A stretch of 64,000 nt of DNA, taken from the human T2T-CHM13v2.0 reference genome, Homo sapiens. A program made the position numbers and the translations under genes. The DNA is taken from assembly GCF_009914755.1 (NCBI RefSeq), contig NC_060927.1, one strand, 5' to 3'. Below, one piece after another: positions 29,525 to 42,132 of this stretch. Below the pieces are notes generated by a model. It was not told where the DNA came from. It saw nothing but the letters and a program-made list of their open reading frames with translations, and did no database searches. The number at the start of each line of letters is the position of its first letter. Position 1 is the stretch's first letter.

Positions 29525-30833
29525 ATTCTGTTAGTGGTTTTATCAAAAAGGTAGACTTGGGAGAAGATGAAGAAATAAATAAGAAAATAAGTTGAGGAGA
29601 AATTAGGTGAATTCCTATGTATTGGATATTGACTATATTATTAGAAGGAGGAGCATTTGAAAATTATAAACTATTATTTTATTTTGCTTTTTCTAAATTC
29701 ATGGCATCACTCTACTTGGTTATGCATCCATCTGCCAGAGATCATGTATGTGTAGAGATTAGACATGTTACAGAAGGCATTTAAATAGAAAGAAAAAATG
29801 CAAAAACGATTATGTATCAAGACAATAGCTTCATCAACCAGGCTATTGCCTTGAGAAAGGATTTTCCAAATTTCTCATTTTCCTCTTTTAGCATATTAAA
29901 AGCTTAGCATTGAGCTCCTGAAATTGAGCTCCTGGTATAGAAAAGGTTCTTGTTAGGCTTGCCACTGTTGGTCTGCAGAAGGCTATGATTTAGCACAACT
30001 TAAGAACTAGTCTACCTTGGAATAATAGAAGGAAGACAGAGAAGGAAAAAAGTCAGGTAGTCATGAATCTAGGGCTTTGGCCCAGAAGAGAAAAGTATGT
30101 TAAATTAAGCAGGTTAACTGCAACGGAGGAAGTATGCTGGGAAGACAATCTTGGCGGTATCCCAGTTTATTTAATCCCGTGCAAAGAAAATATTGCCACC
30201 ATATTTTGTTTACCTCAGTAGGACTTTATATGGCATAGAGATGTGTATGTAGACTTTAGTACATAGTACCGTGCTTAGTGTGTGGTAGATGCCCAAAAAA
30301 GTTTGATTAATTAAGAAATATTTGGATAATCTCTCCCTTTGGGACTTAACTTTTCATTGGTATTACTGGTACTTTTCATAAATCACCAAAGAGAAACTGT
30401 AATGTATCTTTTTGTTATGTTGGCTTGGTAATATTTGCTCTTTGAACAAAAACTTTTATAATATAAAGTATATTTATGTATCACCTTTAAAAATTAAATG
30501 TGATGAAAATGCCAGTTTTAGAAATAAATATTCTATAGGAAATATTTAAAATTATTTTTTAGAAAAAAGGAGGATCTTTTTTCTTTACACACAGGAAGCA
30601 TAAGAAGAAAACACCAACCGGTAATATTTTGTTACTATTCTCAACTGATGCCAATTTCTAAGCCACTGCATTCACATCCTTGCCAGAAGCTGTGAGCCGC
30701 ACACATGTGGGGGATTCTGTGAACAATATATGGGTGTCTCATGAGCCTTTACAGCCAGCTTCCCCAAATGCAGGAAAAGACCATACAGAATTATAATGCA
30801 ATTTAGTGGTGTCATGAATTGCACCTTTTTAAA

Positions 30834-30927
30834 TTCATTTGCTCGTTTTTTATTTTGTTCTTATGAAAGATTTTGTAAAATGAAATAAAATCTTTCATAA
30901 GAACAAAATAAGAAACAAGCAAAAGAA
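30834..30927. repeat. Long near-perfect inverted repeat (41-bp arms, 12-nt spacer)
   Basis: 30850-30874 is the exact reverse complement of 30887-30911; pairing extends to 30834/30927 with 3 non-Watson-Crick positions. Confidence 0.95.
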
Positions 30928-31794
30928 CCAGAAAGGAGATTTTCAGGGTTTTACTTAATGATAATGTACAAGATGATACTAGAAGTATGAGTGCACTTTG
31001 TCTACAAATTTACCTTGGTATGTTTTTTTCTGCTCCTACTCTCTTCTTTCTTTTGCCCACTTCTGCTGAAGCAGGACATAGGCAGCAAATGACACCATGA
31101 ACTGCACTGCAAAGTGAAGTACAGCTAGAACAGAATGTAGTGTTAAGAGTTTCTTTTTAAAATTCATTGGGCATTCACACCCAACTTTACAAATCAATGA
31201 TCAGTGTATGCAGTACTTCAATCAAAGAAGTGAGGAAATGAATTAATGGGTGTCAGAAAACAGATTACTAGGGCATCACTCCAGAGCCAATAGTCCTGTG
31301 AAATGGCAAAATTCAACTGTGAAAAATAGTTCTTGGAGACTTGTGGTGTCTGCTTCTAAATATTTTTTTAATTGCAAACTACTACATAAAATACTTGGCA
31401 TCATTCCTGATTTTTCAATGCTGAATATGTAATTGCTGTTATTATTATTTGTGATAGATCCAGAAACAAATACTGAGAAAAAGGAAAATTTGGTTTTTGT
31501 TTCTGATTGTTCCTCTTTTAAGTTCAAGGTTTGATTTGTAGTTGGAAGGAATTAATGACATTGGAATAAATCAAATCTGTTTAACACAAGGTATGTTAAA
31601 TTTGTATTACATATAGGTTTTCCAAACAGGAGAAAAAGAAGCTAGAGGGCAGGAGAAGTATGGCAAAATTATAGACACTGAATTAAACCCAGACACCACA
31701 CCATAAATTGCATGTTCAGGTCCCTACCCACTTCTCCATCATCATCTCCTCCACCGCAGGGCTACCATTTTAAGATTGTAACTTGTAGCATAGC

Positions 31795-32512
31795 TGACCT
31801 AGTTAGTTTGGGCTGTGCATTAGTCCATTTTCATACTGCTATGAAGAAATACCCAAGATTGAGTAATTTATAAAGAAAAAGAGGTTTAATGGACTCACAG
31901 TTCCACATGGCGGGGAGGTCTCACAATCGTGGCGGAAGGTGAAGAAGGAGCAAAGACACATTTTACATGGTGGCAGGCAAGAGAATGTGTGCAGGGGAAC
32001 CATCAGATCTCATGAGACTTATTCACTATCATGAGAACACCATGGGAAAACCCATCCCATGATTCAATTACCTCCCACAGTGTCCCTCCCATGACACATG
32101 GGAATTATTACAATTCAAGGTGAGATTCAGGTGGGGACACAGCCAAACCATACTAGGCTGCTATAACAAATTAAAATAGACTGGGTGGCTTAAACAACAA
32201 ACATTTATTTTTTACAGTTCTGGAGGCTGGGATGTCCAAGGTGAAGGTGCCGGCAGCTCTGATGTCTGGTGAGTGCCCCTTCCTGGTGTGCAGATGGCTG
32301 CTTTGTCATTATAGCCTCACCTGGTGGAGAGAAGAGAGAGAAAAAAACAAGTTGTTTCCTGTCTCTTTTTATAAGGCCATTAATCCTATCATGACAGCTC
32401 CATCTTCACAACCTAACTACCTCCCATAGACCCTAACTCCAAACACTATCACATTGGATATTAGGACTCCAACATATAAAATTTTGAGGGCAAAATCATT
32501 AAGTCCATAGCA
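31795..32512 (-). mobile_element. MLT1A0-like MaLR LTR split by THE1
   Basis: TAGTTAGTTTGGGCTG | CTATAACAAA...AGACTGGGTGGCTTAAACAACAAACATTTATT...ACAGTTCTGGAGGCTGGGA...AGTCCATAGCA. Confidence 0.88.
31816..32155 (-). mobile_element. THE1C/D solo LTR
   Basis: TTAGTCCATTTTCATACTGCTATGAAGAAATACC...GGACTCACAGTTCCACATGG...GGGGACACAGCCAAACCATA; perfect 5-bp TSD GGCTG (31811-31815, 32156-32160). Confidence 0.95.
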
Positions 32513-33492
32513 GTCACACAGGGCTTCACGGATGGTTTAATGTTCTGACATTACAATTCTAAATTCTTACCTTCTATTATTCTTTTATCTTTGAATTTGT
32601 GTTTTGTAAGTTAAGTCCAAGGAAAAAATGAAGCATACCCACGAACAGAAGAAATGCATGCCATGAGTGAATCCACTGTTTTTTGGTGTTCCAGTTTGCT
32701 GTGCCCCATAAGCACAAAATATTGCTGAATTCACCATTATATGGGTGCCCAGGGAGACTCAAAGAGAGTACAAGTGAAGTGTAATGTCTACAACTAGTAG
32801 GTGGGGGTGGGGTGAGGGGCTGCTGACAGCTCTTGGACACCATCTTTTCCTATTGAATCAGATCTTGCTTCTAGTGACAAAAGAAGTTAATAACATTCTA
32901 GGAGACTCAAAGAGCCAAGAAACTCTATCATATCTTTTCTTACCCAAAGTTCTCTGTATTTGCCAATCATGTACACTGAAAGGAATGATATAGAAGGAAA
33001 GGGAAAGATAGAGCAGCCTGTAGTTCCTTTTCTACTTGGTTCTTTCTCCTTATCAGTTAGCTGAAGGTTGAGAGAGGTGGTAGAATGCATTTGTATCAGG
33101 AAGTGAAATAAAAACATTTCAGTTAGTTTTGTGTAGCATTTTTACGGTTCTAAGAATGGAATACATATGTATATATGAGTGATGGAATACAAATTGTGTA
33201 ATTTCAGTGATTTGCATACAAGATAAACATTCATATTTGCATTTAAAAATTGAATTGCCCAATATAAAAATAAATGTTAAAATTCATGCTAATAATTTGA
33301 ATTTTAACTTTTTTTTTACTTAGAATATTAAATATCAAGCAAAAAACACCATGACAAATCAAAAGAGAGACAACAAAAAAGAAAATACTTTTTATTTTAG
33401 GAACTTTAATGCTGCTTTTATCCTGCTTTTTGCACAAGGGGCCATAATTTCATTATGCACTGGGCCCTGAAAATCATAAATTATGTAGCTGA

Positions 33493-33845
<353 letters not shown>

Positions 33846-34020
33846 CCATTCCCTCCCTCCTTCCCTCCCTCTCTCCCTCCCTTCCTTCCTTCCTTCCTTC
33901 CTTTCCTTCCCTCCCTCCTCCCTTCCCTTCCCTTCCCTTTCTTTCTTCTCTCTCTTTTCTTCTTTCTTTCTTTCTCTCTTTCTTTTCTCTCTTTCTTTCT
34001 TTTCTCTCTTTCTTTCTTTC
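33846..34020. repeat. Polypyrimidine compound microsatellite (CCCT/CCTT/CTTT)
   Basis: Seen directly; about 170 bp nearly purine-free on +. Confidence 0.95.
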
Positions 34021-34039
34021 ATCAACTCAGCAATTCTTT

Positions 34040-34350
34040 CCCACCTCCAGTCTTTCCATCAAAATCTTTCCTCTCCCTGGAACATGTTCCTCCCTGCCCT
34101 TCACCTGGCTTGGCTTTTTTCCCATTCTAATAAAAAGTCACATTGCTCTCTGTCACTACCCCTTGCTTGTCTCCTGGTACTCACTATTCATAATAATCTA
34201 TTAATTCTCAATCTACTTTTTAAAAAAAAATATTACCCAATACATTGTTAGTGTCTCAGGAAAGGGGTATATATCTGTTTTCCACTAAATGTGTACTCAG
34301 TGGACAGATTAGGTAACCAATCAATATTTGTCGGGTGAACTAATTAATTA
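34040..34350 (+). mobile_element. L2 3' region
   Basis: TCCCTGGAACATGTTCCTCCC...TTCACCTGGCT...AATATTTGTCGGGTGAACTAATTAATTAA. Confidence 0.55.
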
Positions 34351-34477
34351 ATGGAATTCAAATGGAAGAAAGTTCATATCCAGATAATGTACAATTCCAG
34401 AAAAACGTCACTTCCCAGCTTGAATGTCTTTAAGTAGGGATGCCAAATAAAAGTAAAGGATGCTCAGTTAAATATAA

Positions 34478-34780
34478 TTTTTATTTTATTTTTAAGACAG
34501 AGTCTTTCTCTGTCGCCCAGGCTGGAGTGCAGTGGTGGGATGTGATCTCGGCTCACTGCAACCTCCACCTCCTGGGTTCAAGCAATTCTTCTGCCTCAGC
34601 CTCCCAAGCCCCTGGGACTACTGGTGTATGCCACCATGCCTGGCTAATTTTTATATTTTTAGTAGCTATGGGGTTTTGCCATGTTAACCAGGCTAGTCTT
34701 GAATCCCTGACTTCAGGTCATCCACCTGCCTTGGCCTCCCAAAGTGCTGGGATTACAGGCGTGAGCCACCGGGCCAGGCC
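34478..34780 (-). mobile_element. AluS (Sx-like)
   Basis: Full dimer ending GGCGTGAGCCACCGGGCCAGGCC; degenerate TSD TAAATATAATTT / TAAACGTAAATT. Confidence 0.95.
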
Positions 34781-34949
34781 TAAACGTAAATTTTTATTTG
34801 CTAAATCCTGCACTCCATTCTGTGTTTGTATTATTAATAGTTACATCTGGCAACCTTACCCGAATAAATAATTGTCAAAAGACACAAGTTTTTAAGTAAA
34901 GTGTGAGTATGAAAATTGTACAATACAATAATTTGAAACTTGTTTCAGT

Positions 34950-35062
34950 TATGAACCCATCTAGGGATCTGATAAAATCTATGTTATTTCCCCAGAAAAT
35001 GTAAATAATCATATACATTTTCCTATCTGGGAGAAAGTTTATAGATTCTCTGAAGCCCATCC
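34950..35062. mobile_element. hAT-Charlie MITE fragment (MER103-like)
   Basis: GATCTGATAAAATCTATG...CCCCAGAAAATG...CTGAAGCCCATCC resembles a recalled Charlie MITE; family uncertain. Confidence 0.4.
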
Positions 35063-35069
35063 TTAATTC

Positions 35070-35740
35070 CTTCTATCTCATAATCCCACATGTAAATTGA
35101 TCTTTAAATCTCCTTCGTTCATGTTTCCAGAATCACTTACTTCAAGCTATCATACGTCATCTGGATTAATAGTGTCTTAACTGGTTCTTCTTTTAGTCCT
35201 TATCCACCTTAATTCACTTTCACGTATCTTCTAAACTAAAATGTTTCTCCCTAAACATAAATTTTGTTACGCCTTTCTCCTATTTAATATTACTGCATTA
35301 TCTACAGAAAAAGTGTTTACAATAGCATAGTAAATTTTGACTCTTACCTACTTGATGATGACTCCTCCCCTTCCACTTCATTAGTGCACAGTATTGGATT
35401 CTTTGCAGGTTCCCAATTCTACTATGCTGTTTACAACCCCATTAGTGTGCTTACTATTCCTTCAGCCTGAAATGTACTGTCACCCCATTTTCTGCCAAGC
35501 AGCTGCTCCTCTGTTGAAGGCTTGCATGGATCTCCTCCCACCCCTAACACTACTTAAGCCTGACTCTGTGATTCTGTTTCCCCTTGTTCCTCATTAATGC
35601 ACCACAATCAAAAGAAATTGTTTATTTATTAGTGATTTCCAGTAGTCTCTGTAATTATCAGGGTAATGACTTTGTATTTGTATTTCCTGAACAGTGGCTG
35701 ATATACAGTAGATATACAATAAAAGTTTTACAATTGAATC
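35070..35740 (+). mobile_element. L2 3' region
   Basis: TCTTAACTGGTTC...TTCTTTGCAGGTTCCC...TTCCTTCAGCCTGAAATG...ACAGTGGCTGATATACAGTAGATATACAATAAAAGTTT. Confidence 0.6.
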
Positions 35741-35960
35741 CACATGCTTATATATGTTTAATAATTTTTGTAATTACACACATGCACACATTCACTTGAC
35801 ATTTTTCGTCACCAAAAAACAAAAAAAGTGGTTCTTGGCAGTTCATTGAATTATTTTTGTAAGAGACATTGCAATGAATATAGTACAAGTATAATGCTTC
35901 TGAGTGCTTTGCTAAGCTCTAAGCTTAATTAATATCTGTGAATATCTGACAACTATGACC

Positions 35961-36308
35961 TGTCTTAGTCCTTTTGGACTGTTACCATAGACTAGGTTGC
36001 TTACAAATAACAGAAATGTATTCCTCACAGTTCTGAAAACTGAGACATCCAAGATCAAGGCACTGGCTGACTCGGTGTCTGGTGAGAGCCCATTTCCTGG
36101 TCTATACATGTTGCCTTCTTGCTGTGTTCTCACGTGGTGAAAAAGGCAAAGCAATTCTTGAGGATCTCTTTTATAAGGGCACTAATCCCACCCCAATCCT
36201 GTGACCTTATTACTTAACTGCTTTTCATAGACCCCATCACATTGGGGATTGGGTTACAACATATGAACCCATATGTTTTGGGGAGATAGAAGCATTCACA
36301 CCATAACA
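35961..36308 (-). mobile_element. MLT1A/MLT1A0 MaLR solo LTR
   Basis: TGTCTTAGTCC...CTCACAGTTCTG...TCCAAGATCAAGGCACTGGC...TTTTATAAGGGCACTAATCCCA...CCATAACA. Confidence 0.9.
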
Positions 36309-36407
36309 TGATGAATGGCTTTCTCAGTGAAAATAAATAAGTAAATACAACTTCAGGAAACAAAATGTAAATGCTTGTATTGTATTTAAAAAAAAAAAAA
36401 AGGTAGG

Positions 36408-36755
<348 letters not shown>

Positions 36756-37274
36756 TTATCTAATAATATAGGGTGTATTTGACTTATTACAAAAGTAAAT
36801 ATGACTCAAATAAACTGGAAGTATATGTGAAGAGTTACTTTCAACAATAGGAGGGTGAAGTATGAATGCAATGACATCCTGTCAATATTGCTTGCCATAT
36901 TCAAGACCACTGTTCATTAAATCAAGCTATAAACTTTCTGTTATAAGGAATAAGTATTGTTTTCTAATGAAAAATCGTTTTTAGTAACAAATTACTTTGG
37001 ACTACATATTTATTACAAAATCCAAGCAGTACATAGGTATGTAAAGTTAAACGTGAACCATCTCCTCTTAGTGGAATCCCCTCACACTCTACATTTTTAC
37101 TGCCTTCCCACAATGCATAATGGTAGCACTGCTAGCATTGCATTATGCTGTCTAACTTGAAGACCTTCTGTTTTGCATATATATTTATGTCTCTCTAAAT
37201 ATGGTTTCTTACACAAATAAAATTATACTACACATCTATTTATAAAACTCTTAATGAAATCTTCAGTGAACACT

Positions 37275-37560
37275 TGTAGCATTACATTTGGAATATACTC
37301 TGTCTTTTCCTGGTTTAAAGCAACCTAATGGTCTCGGGGAATCCACTCCAGTTTCCTTCCCACCCCCCAACACTCTTGATAAGATTGACTCACCTGTGCT
37401 TCCTGGGTGGACCTTGATTATTTTATCCAATGAGCATATCTCTCCTCCAAGCCACAGTGACTGGCTTCTAGATGGGTTCTAAACCCATCTGATCCAGTGA
37501 GAAAGGGGTGACGTGATCAAGAATCGTGAGAAGCTGTAATAGGCTCTTTGCAAAGTCAGA
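37275..37560 (+). mobile_element. LTR16-like ERVL LTR, 5' part (probable 3' end at 38345-38400)
   Basis: CCAATGAGCATATCTCTCC...GCCACAGTGACTGGCTTC.AGATGGG...ACCCATCTGATCCAGTGAGA; distal TAGTTTGAAATGAGTTTTTATCAATTGCAGTCAGAG...ACTAAT. Confidence 0.5.
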
Positions 37561-38694
37561 GGGTGAGGCCTTTCCCAAACTAGATCTGATTTTTATGTCT
37601 TCAAAAATAAGCGATGAGGCAGAGATTTTAGAACTTCACTTTTATGACATTACCTAGTCAAAGTAATGTCACACACACTAAGATATTATACTCTAGATTC
37701 AGTGTGTTACCTGTGAAATTTCTAATTTTTCATATTTCCAAGCATACCTGGCTACTTATTTCCAACACACATGTACACTTTTTGGCAGGCAGCCTGGGAT
37801 TTTACTTCAAAGGAAGAAGAACATTCAACCCTTTTACAATGATAAGAAAAAAAAATGACTGGCAGGGTTACATTTAATCAAACTTTCGTTACCTAATTTG
37901 AGATGGGTTTAATGAGTCAGGTCCTTCTCTAACCTTTCCGACCAATACCAAGCAACAAATTGAGGCAATTATTACCTGAATGTTTCAGATAAGAAATACA
38001 GGTTTGATTTTTTGTAAGCTTATGAATTGATTTTTTTTTTCAGAAAAGTATCTATAGATCTTGGGGTGACTTTCTTGAGAGTTCCATTCTCCTCCCACCT
38101 TCTAACCTATAGAGAAGAAAATCATTATTAAATACAGAGTTTAAAGGCAACTCCAGGCTTACAAATAAGATGACCAAGTATCTCTCAGAAAAGATAGAAA
38201 AATCAACTATTTCACGAGAGCTACCAGAAGGAACTCCTTTTTTTCAGAGGAAATGATCAAGGTGAGGGAGCATGAGGTCTTATTGCTCTTGGAGTTACAT
38301 AAGAGAAACCCACCTCAATGCTCAACTGGCTTTAAAATCTTTTTTTATTTAAATAGTTTGAAATGAGTTTTTATCAATTGCAGTCAGAGTACTTACTAAT
38401 GGAGAGCCTGTGATACAAAGATAAGACATGGCTTCTTATCTTCAAGGAGTTTGTAATATAATAATGGAGACAGACAATGGGAAGGAGGACTGGAATGCAG
38501 GGTTTGGGTGGTGCAGAACAGACCCTAAAAGATTCACAAAGTTATCACAAATGAGCTAATGCCTGAAACTGAACCTTAAATAGACACTGGGGTTATGTGA
38601 ATCAAAAGGAATAGAGAGGTTGAGGTACAGAGCAGGTTGTGAAAATGCATGGGAACGAGACAGAATAGTGAGTTCATGGATATTCAGAGAGTTC

Positions 38695-40880
38695 TTCATT
38701 CAAAATACATTGATTGAGTTCATACCTCTACAGGGATCTCATGATTAAAACAGATAAAGCTCTTGCCCTAGAGAATTTCACATTATAGTGTTGGGACCCA
38801 GAAAATAAATCAGCAAATAAGCATGATATGTAAGTAATTATAAGTCCTGTAAGCAAAAATAAAGGAGATTAAAGACTATTGTAGAGTAAGGTGGGAAAAA
38901 AGCCTCTGTGATAAGATAATGTGACAAAAGCTGCCAATGATCTTCCAATAAGCATGTTTCCATTTACCTTTAGACATAAGACATATGAGTTTTAGCTGGC
39001 CACATAGCCACACAGCCTAGATTACATTTCCCAGCCTTCCTTGCAGTTGGTGATTAAGCTGTAGCGAAGTAAGATGTAAGTAGAAGTGACACATGCACCT
39101 GAGTACTCCCTTCCTTGCCTTTTCTTCTTCCCCAATGTCCAGAAGGTGAACATGGTGATGGGAGATGTAGTAGCTGTCCAGACCTCATGATGGAAGCTGC
39201 ATTTTGAGGATGGCTAAGCAACATGATTGAAGATGTCTGAGTCCCTGATACTATGGAGCATCAACAACAGCTTTGGACCACTAATACTCTCAGATTCATA
39301 TGTCAAAGAGAAATAAACTTTTATCTTGTTTCATTTACTATTATTTTGATCTTTGTTAACAGTGACCAGATTTATATTCAACTGAATAAAGGTAACATCT
39401 AAGCAGTGCCTGAAATAAATGAGGAATCATGAGGTTTTATGGACAAAATCATTCCCATTAAGGGAATAGCAAAAGCAAAGGCCCTCGAATGAATAATGCT
39501 TACGAAGTTTCAATTATAGCAAAGAAGCCAGTGTAAAAGGAGGGAGTCAACAAGAAGAAGAGTCAATTGATGAAGTCAAGAGACTTACAGAAAGCCAAAT
39601 CACTTAAGGTCTCCTATTTCATGGTTATAAACTTTAGATTTTGCTCTGAGTGACACCAGAAGGCACTGAGGGATTTTGAGCAATTAGTACCATGATCTAA
39701 TTTGTTTTACAAAGTCATTCTGACTGCAAGGTGAAGAATATTTTTGGGGGCAAGAATGGAAGTAGTGAGATCAGTTCAGAGGTTACACCAACATCCAGTG
39801 TGTGCTAATGTGGCTTGGACAGGATAGGGAGCTAGGGATGATGTAACTTAAACTAAAAGAAAATAGTCAATAGGGTCTCGGAAAAAAAAAAGTCAATAGA
39901 ATTTGTTGCTGGTTTGATACTAAGAAAAGAAAAAGGTAAAAAAACACTAAGGCTTGAGTTTTGGAAAAATGTAGGTGTGATTTATGTATATGAAAAGTCA
40001 GAGAGTAGGCAGTTTTGGAAGCTTGGATACCAAAAGCTTAATTTTGGCATATTGCATTTGAGGTGCCTCTTAGTCAACCAAATAGAGATGAGAGTAGGCA
40101 TTTGGGGTGAAAAAGGAAATCTGGAGTTTGAAAGAAAAGGTCTCAGCTCCTGAGATATATTTGGGAAACATTAGCATATAGATGGGATTTAAAGGTATGA
40201 GGCACGAGATCTCCAAGAGACTGAGTGCAGACAAAGAGTTCTGGGGATAGTGCCCTGGAACACTGTGACATTTAGGAATTGGGAAAATGAATAGAGATCA
40301 GCAAATGAAACTGAGAAGGTGCAGCCAAATCGGGAGGAGGAGAAGCAGGAGAGAGTGGGCTCCAATAAGCCAAGGAAAGGAAGGGTTTTGAGAAAGAGTA
40401 AGTTATCAACAGTGCCAAATACTGCAAACAGGTCAGGTAGTACTGAACATTGGCTACTGGATTTAACATGTAGAGGTCTTTAAAGATCTTGATAAGAGAA
40501 ATTTGGACGCAGTGAAGACAAAAACTTAAATGAAGTGAGTTCAAGCAACAATAAGCAAGCTGAAGGAGAATTAAAGTTTTGGTTCTCTTTTTTTTTTTTG
40601 GATGGGCATTATTAGAAATTATTTTTGATGGCAATTAATAAAGGAATTATTATTAGCTCTTGATTTTTATGCTAATTAAAAAACAATCTAATAGTGAGGA
40701 AATGCAAATGATTTGGGAAAAAGAGGAGACAACTGTAGGAGTGAGGTCCTTTATTAGGGGAGAGATTTTAGTTTACATGTGGTAGAGTTGACTTTGGAAC
40801 AAAGATGTTATCTATTATGACAGGAGGAAAAACAAAATATATGGGTACTGATATATATAGGTTTGTTGACTTGGTGATGA
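38695..40880 (-). mobile_element. Long L2 LINE fragment split by MLT1J
   Basis: TTCATTCAAAATACATTGATTGAG tail; GAGGGATTTTGAGCA...CATGATCTAATTTGTTTT; GCATATAGATGGGATTTAAAG; AACAGTGCCAAATACTGC. Confidence 0.8.
38920..39390 (+). mobile_element. MLT1J-like MaLR LTR
   Basis: TACATTTCCCAGCCTTCCTTGCAG...AGATGTAAGTAGAAGTG...GAGAAATAAACTTTTATCTTGTTT; TSD-like GATAA / GGTAA. Confidence 0.8.
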
Positions 40881-41132
40881 GGTCTGAATTTCTTGTTTAC
40901 CCAGAAATGGAGCAAATCAAAGAGGACATGAGCCTTAAAATGCAGCAAAACCAAGAATTCAATGGAAATGGCAACTTAGAACCAAAAGTGAACATGAGAT
41001 TCCCCCAAGATTACATGGAAACACTGGGGAAGCCATTGGATTTCTTTATCTGAAATCTGAATTGTTTTAAACACACAGATTCTCTCTCTATCTCTCTCAC
41101 TCACACACACACCCCTTATTATGTAAAAATAA

Positions 41133-41406
<274 letters not shown>

Positions 41407-41846
41407 TAGAAAACTTTATATTCTTTCTGAGCTTTATTTTCATCAACAAAATAGAGGTAATATTACATTTGCTTATAACTTATAAACACAGGTCTATCTA
41501 TCAAAACCACTTCTGCATATTGCCATTTGATTTCCCATAGACATTCCAGACATTCAAAATTGAAATCATTTCTGCTCTAATTTGTCTGCCATATTTGAAT
41601 GAAGAGACACTGTCATGGATCAAGTTTCTCAACTCTTTCACCCCACAACATTTAACTTAGACCTCTCCTCCACTCTCCCACTGTCTCAAGTTTGATTAAC
41701 AAGTCCTGAAAATTCCATTTTCTAAATACATCACTTTGCCATAACTTATATTTTAGATATCTGAAGTCTAGGTCTTTGTAGGAAAATAACATGAGTGCAT
41801 ATACTTTTCCTTGGATTTTGTTTTAATTTGGTCCTTACTGTTTTCT

Positions 41847-42132
<286 letters not shown>

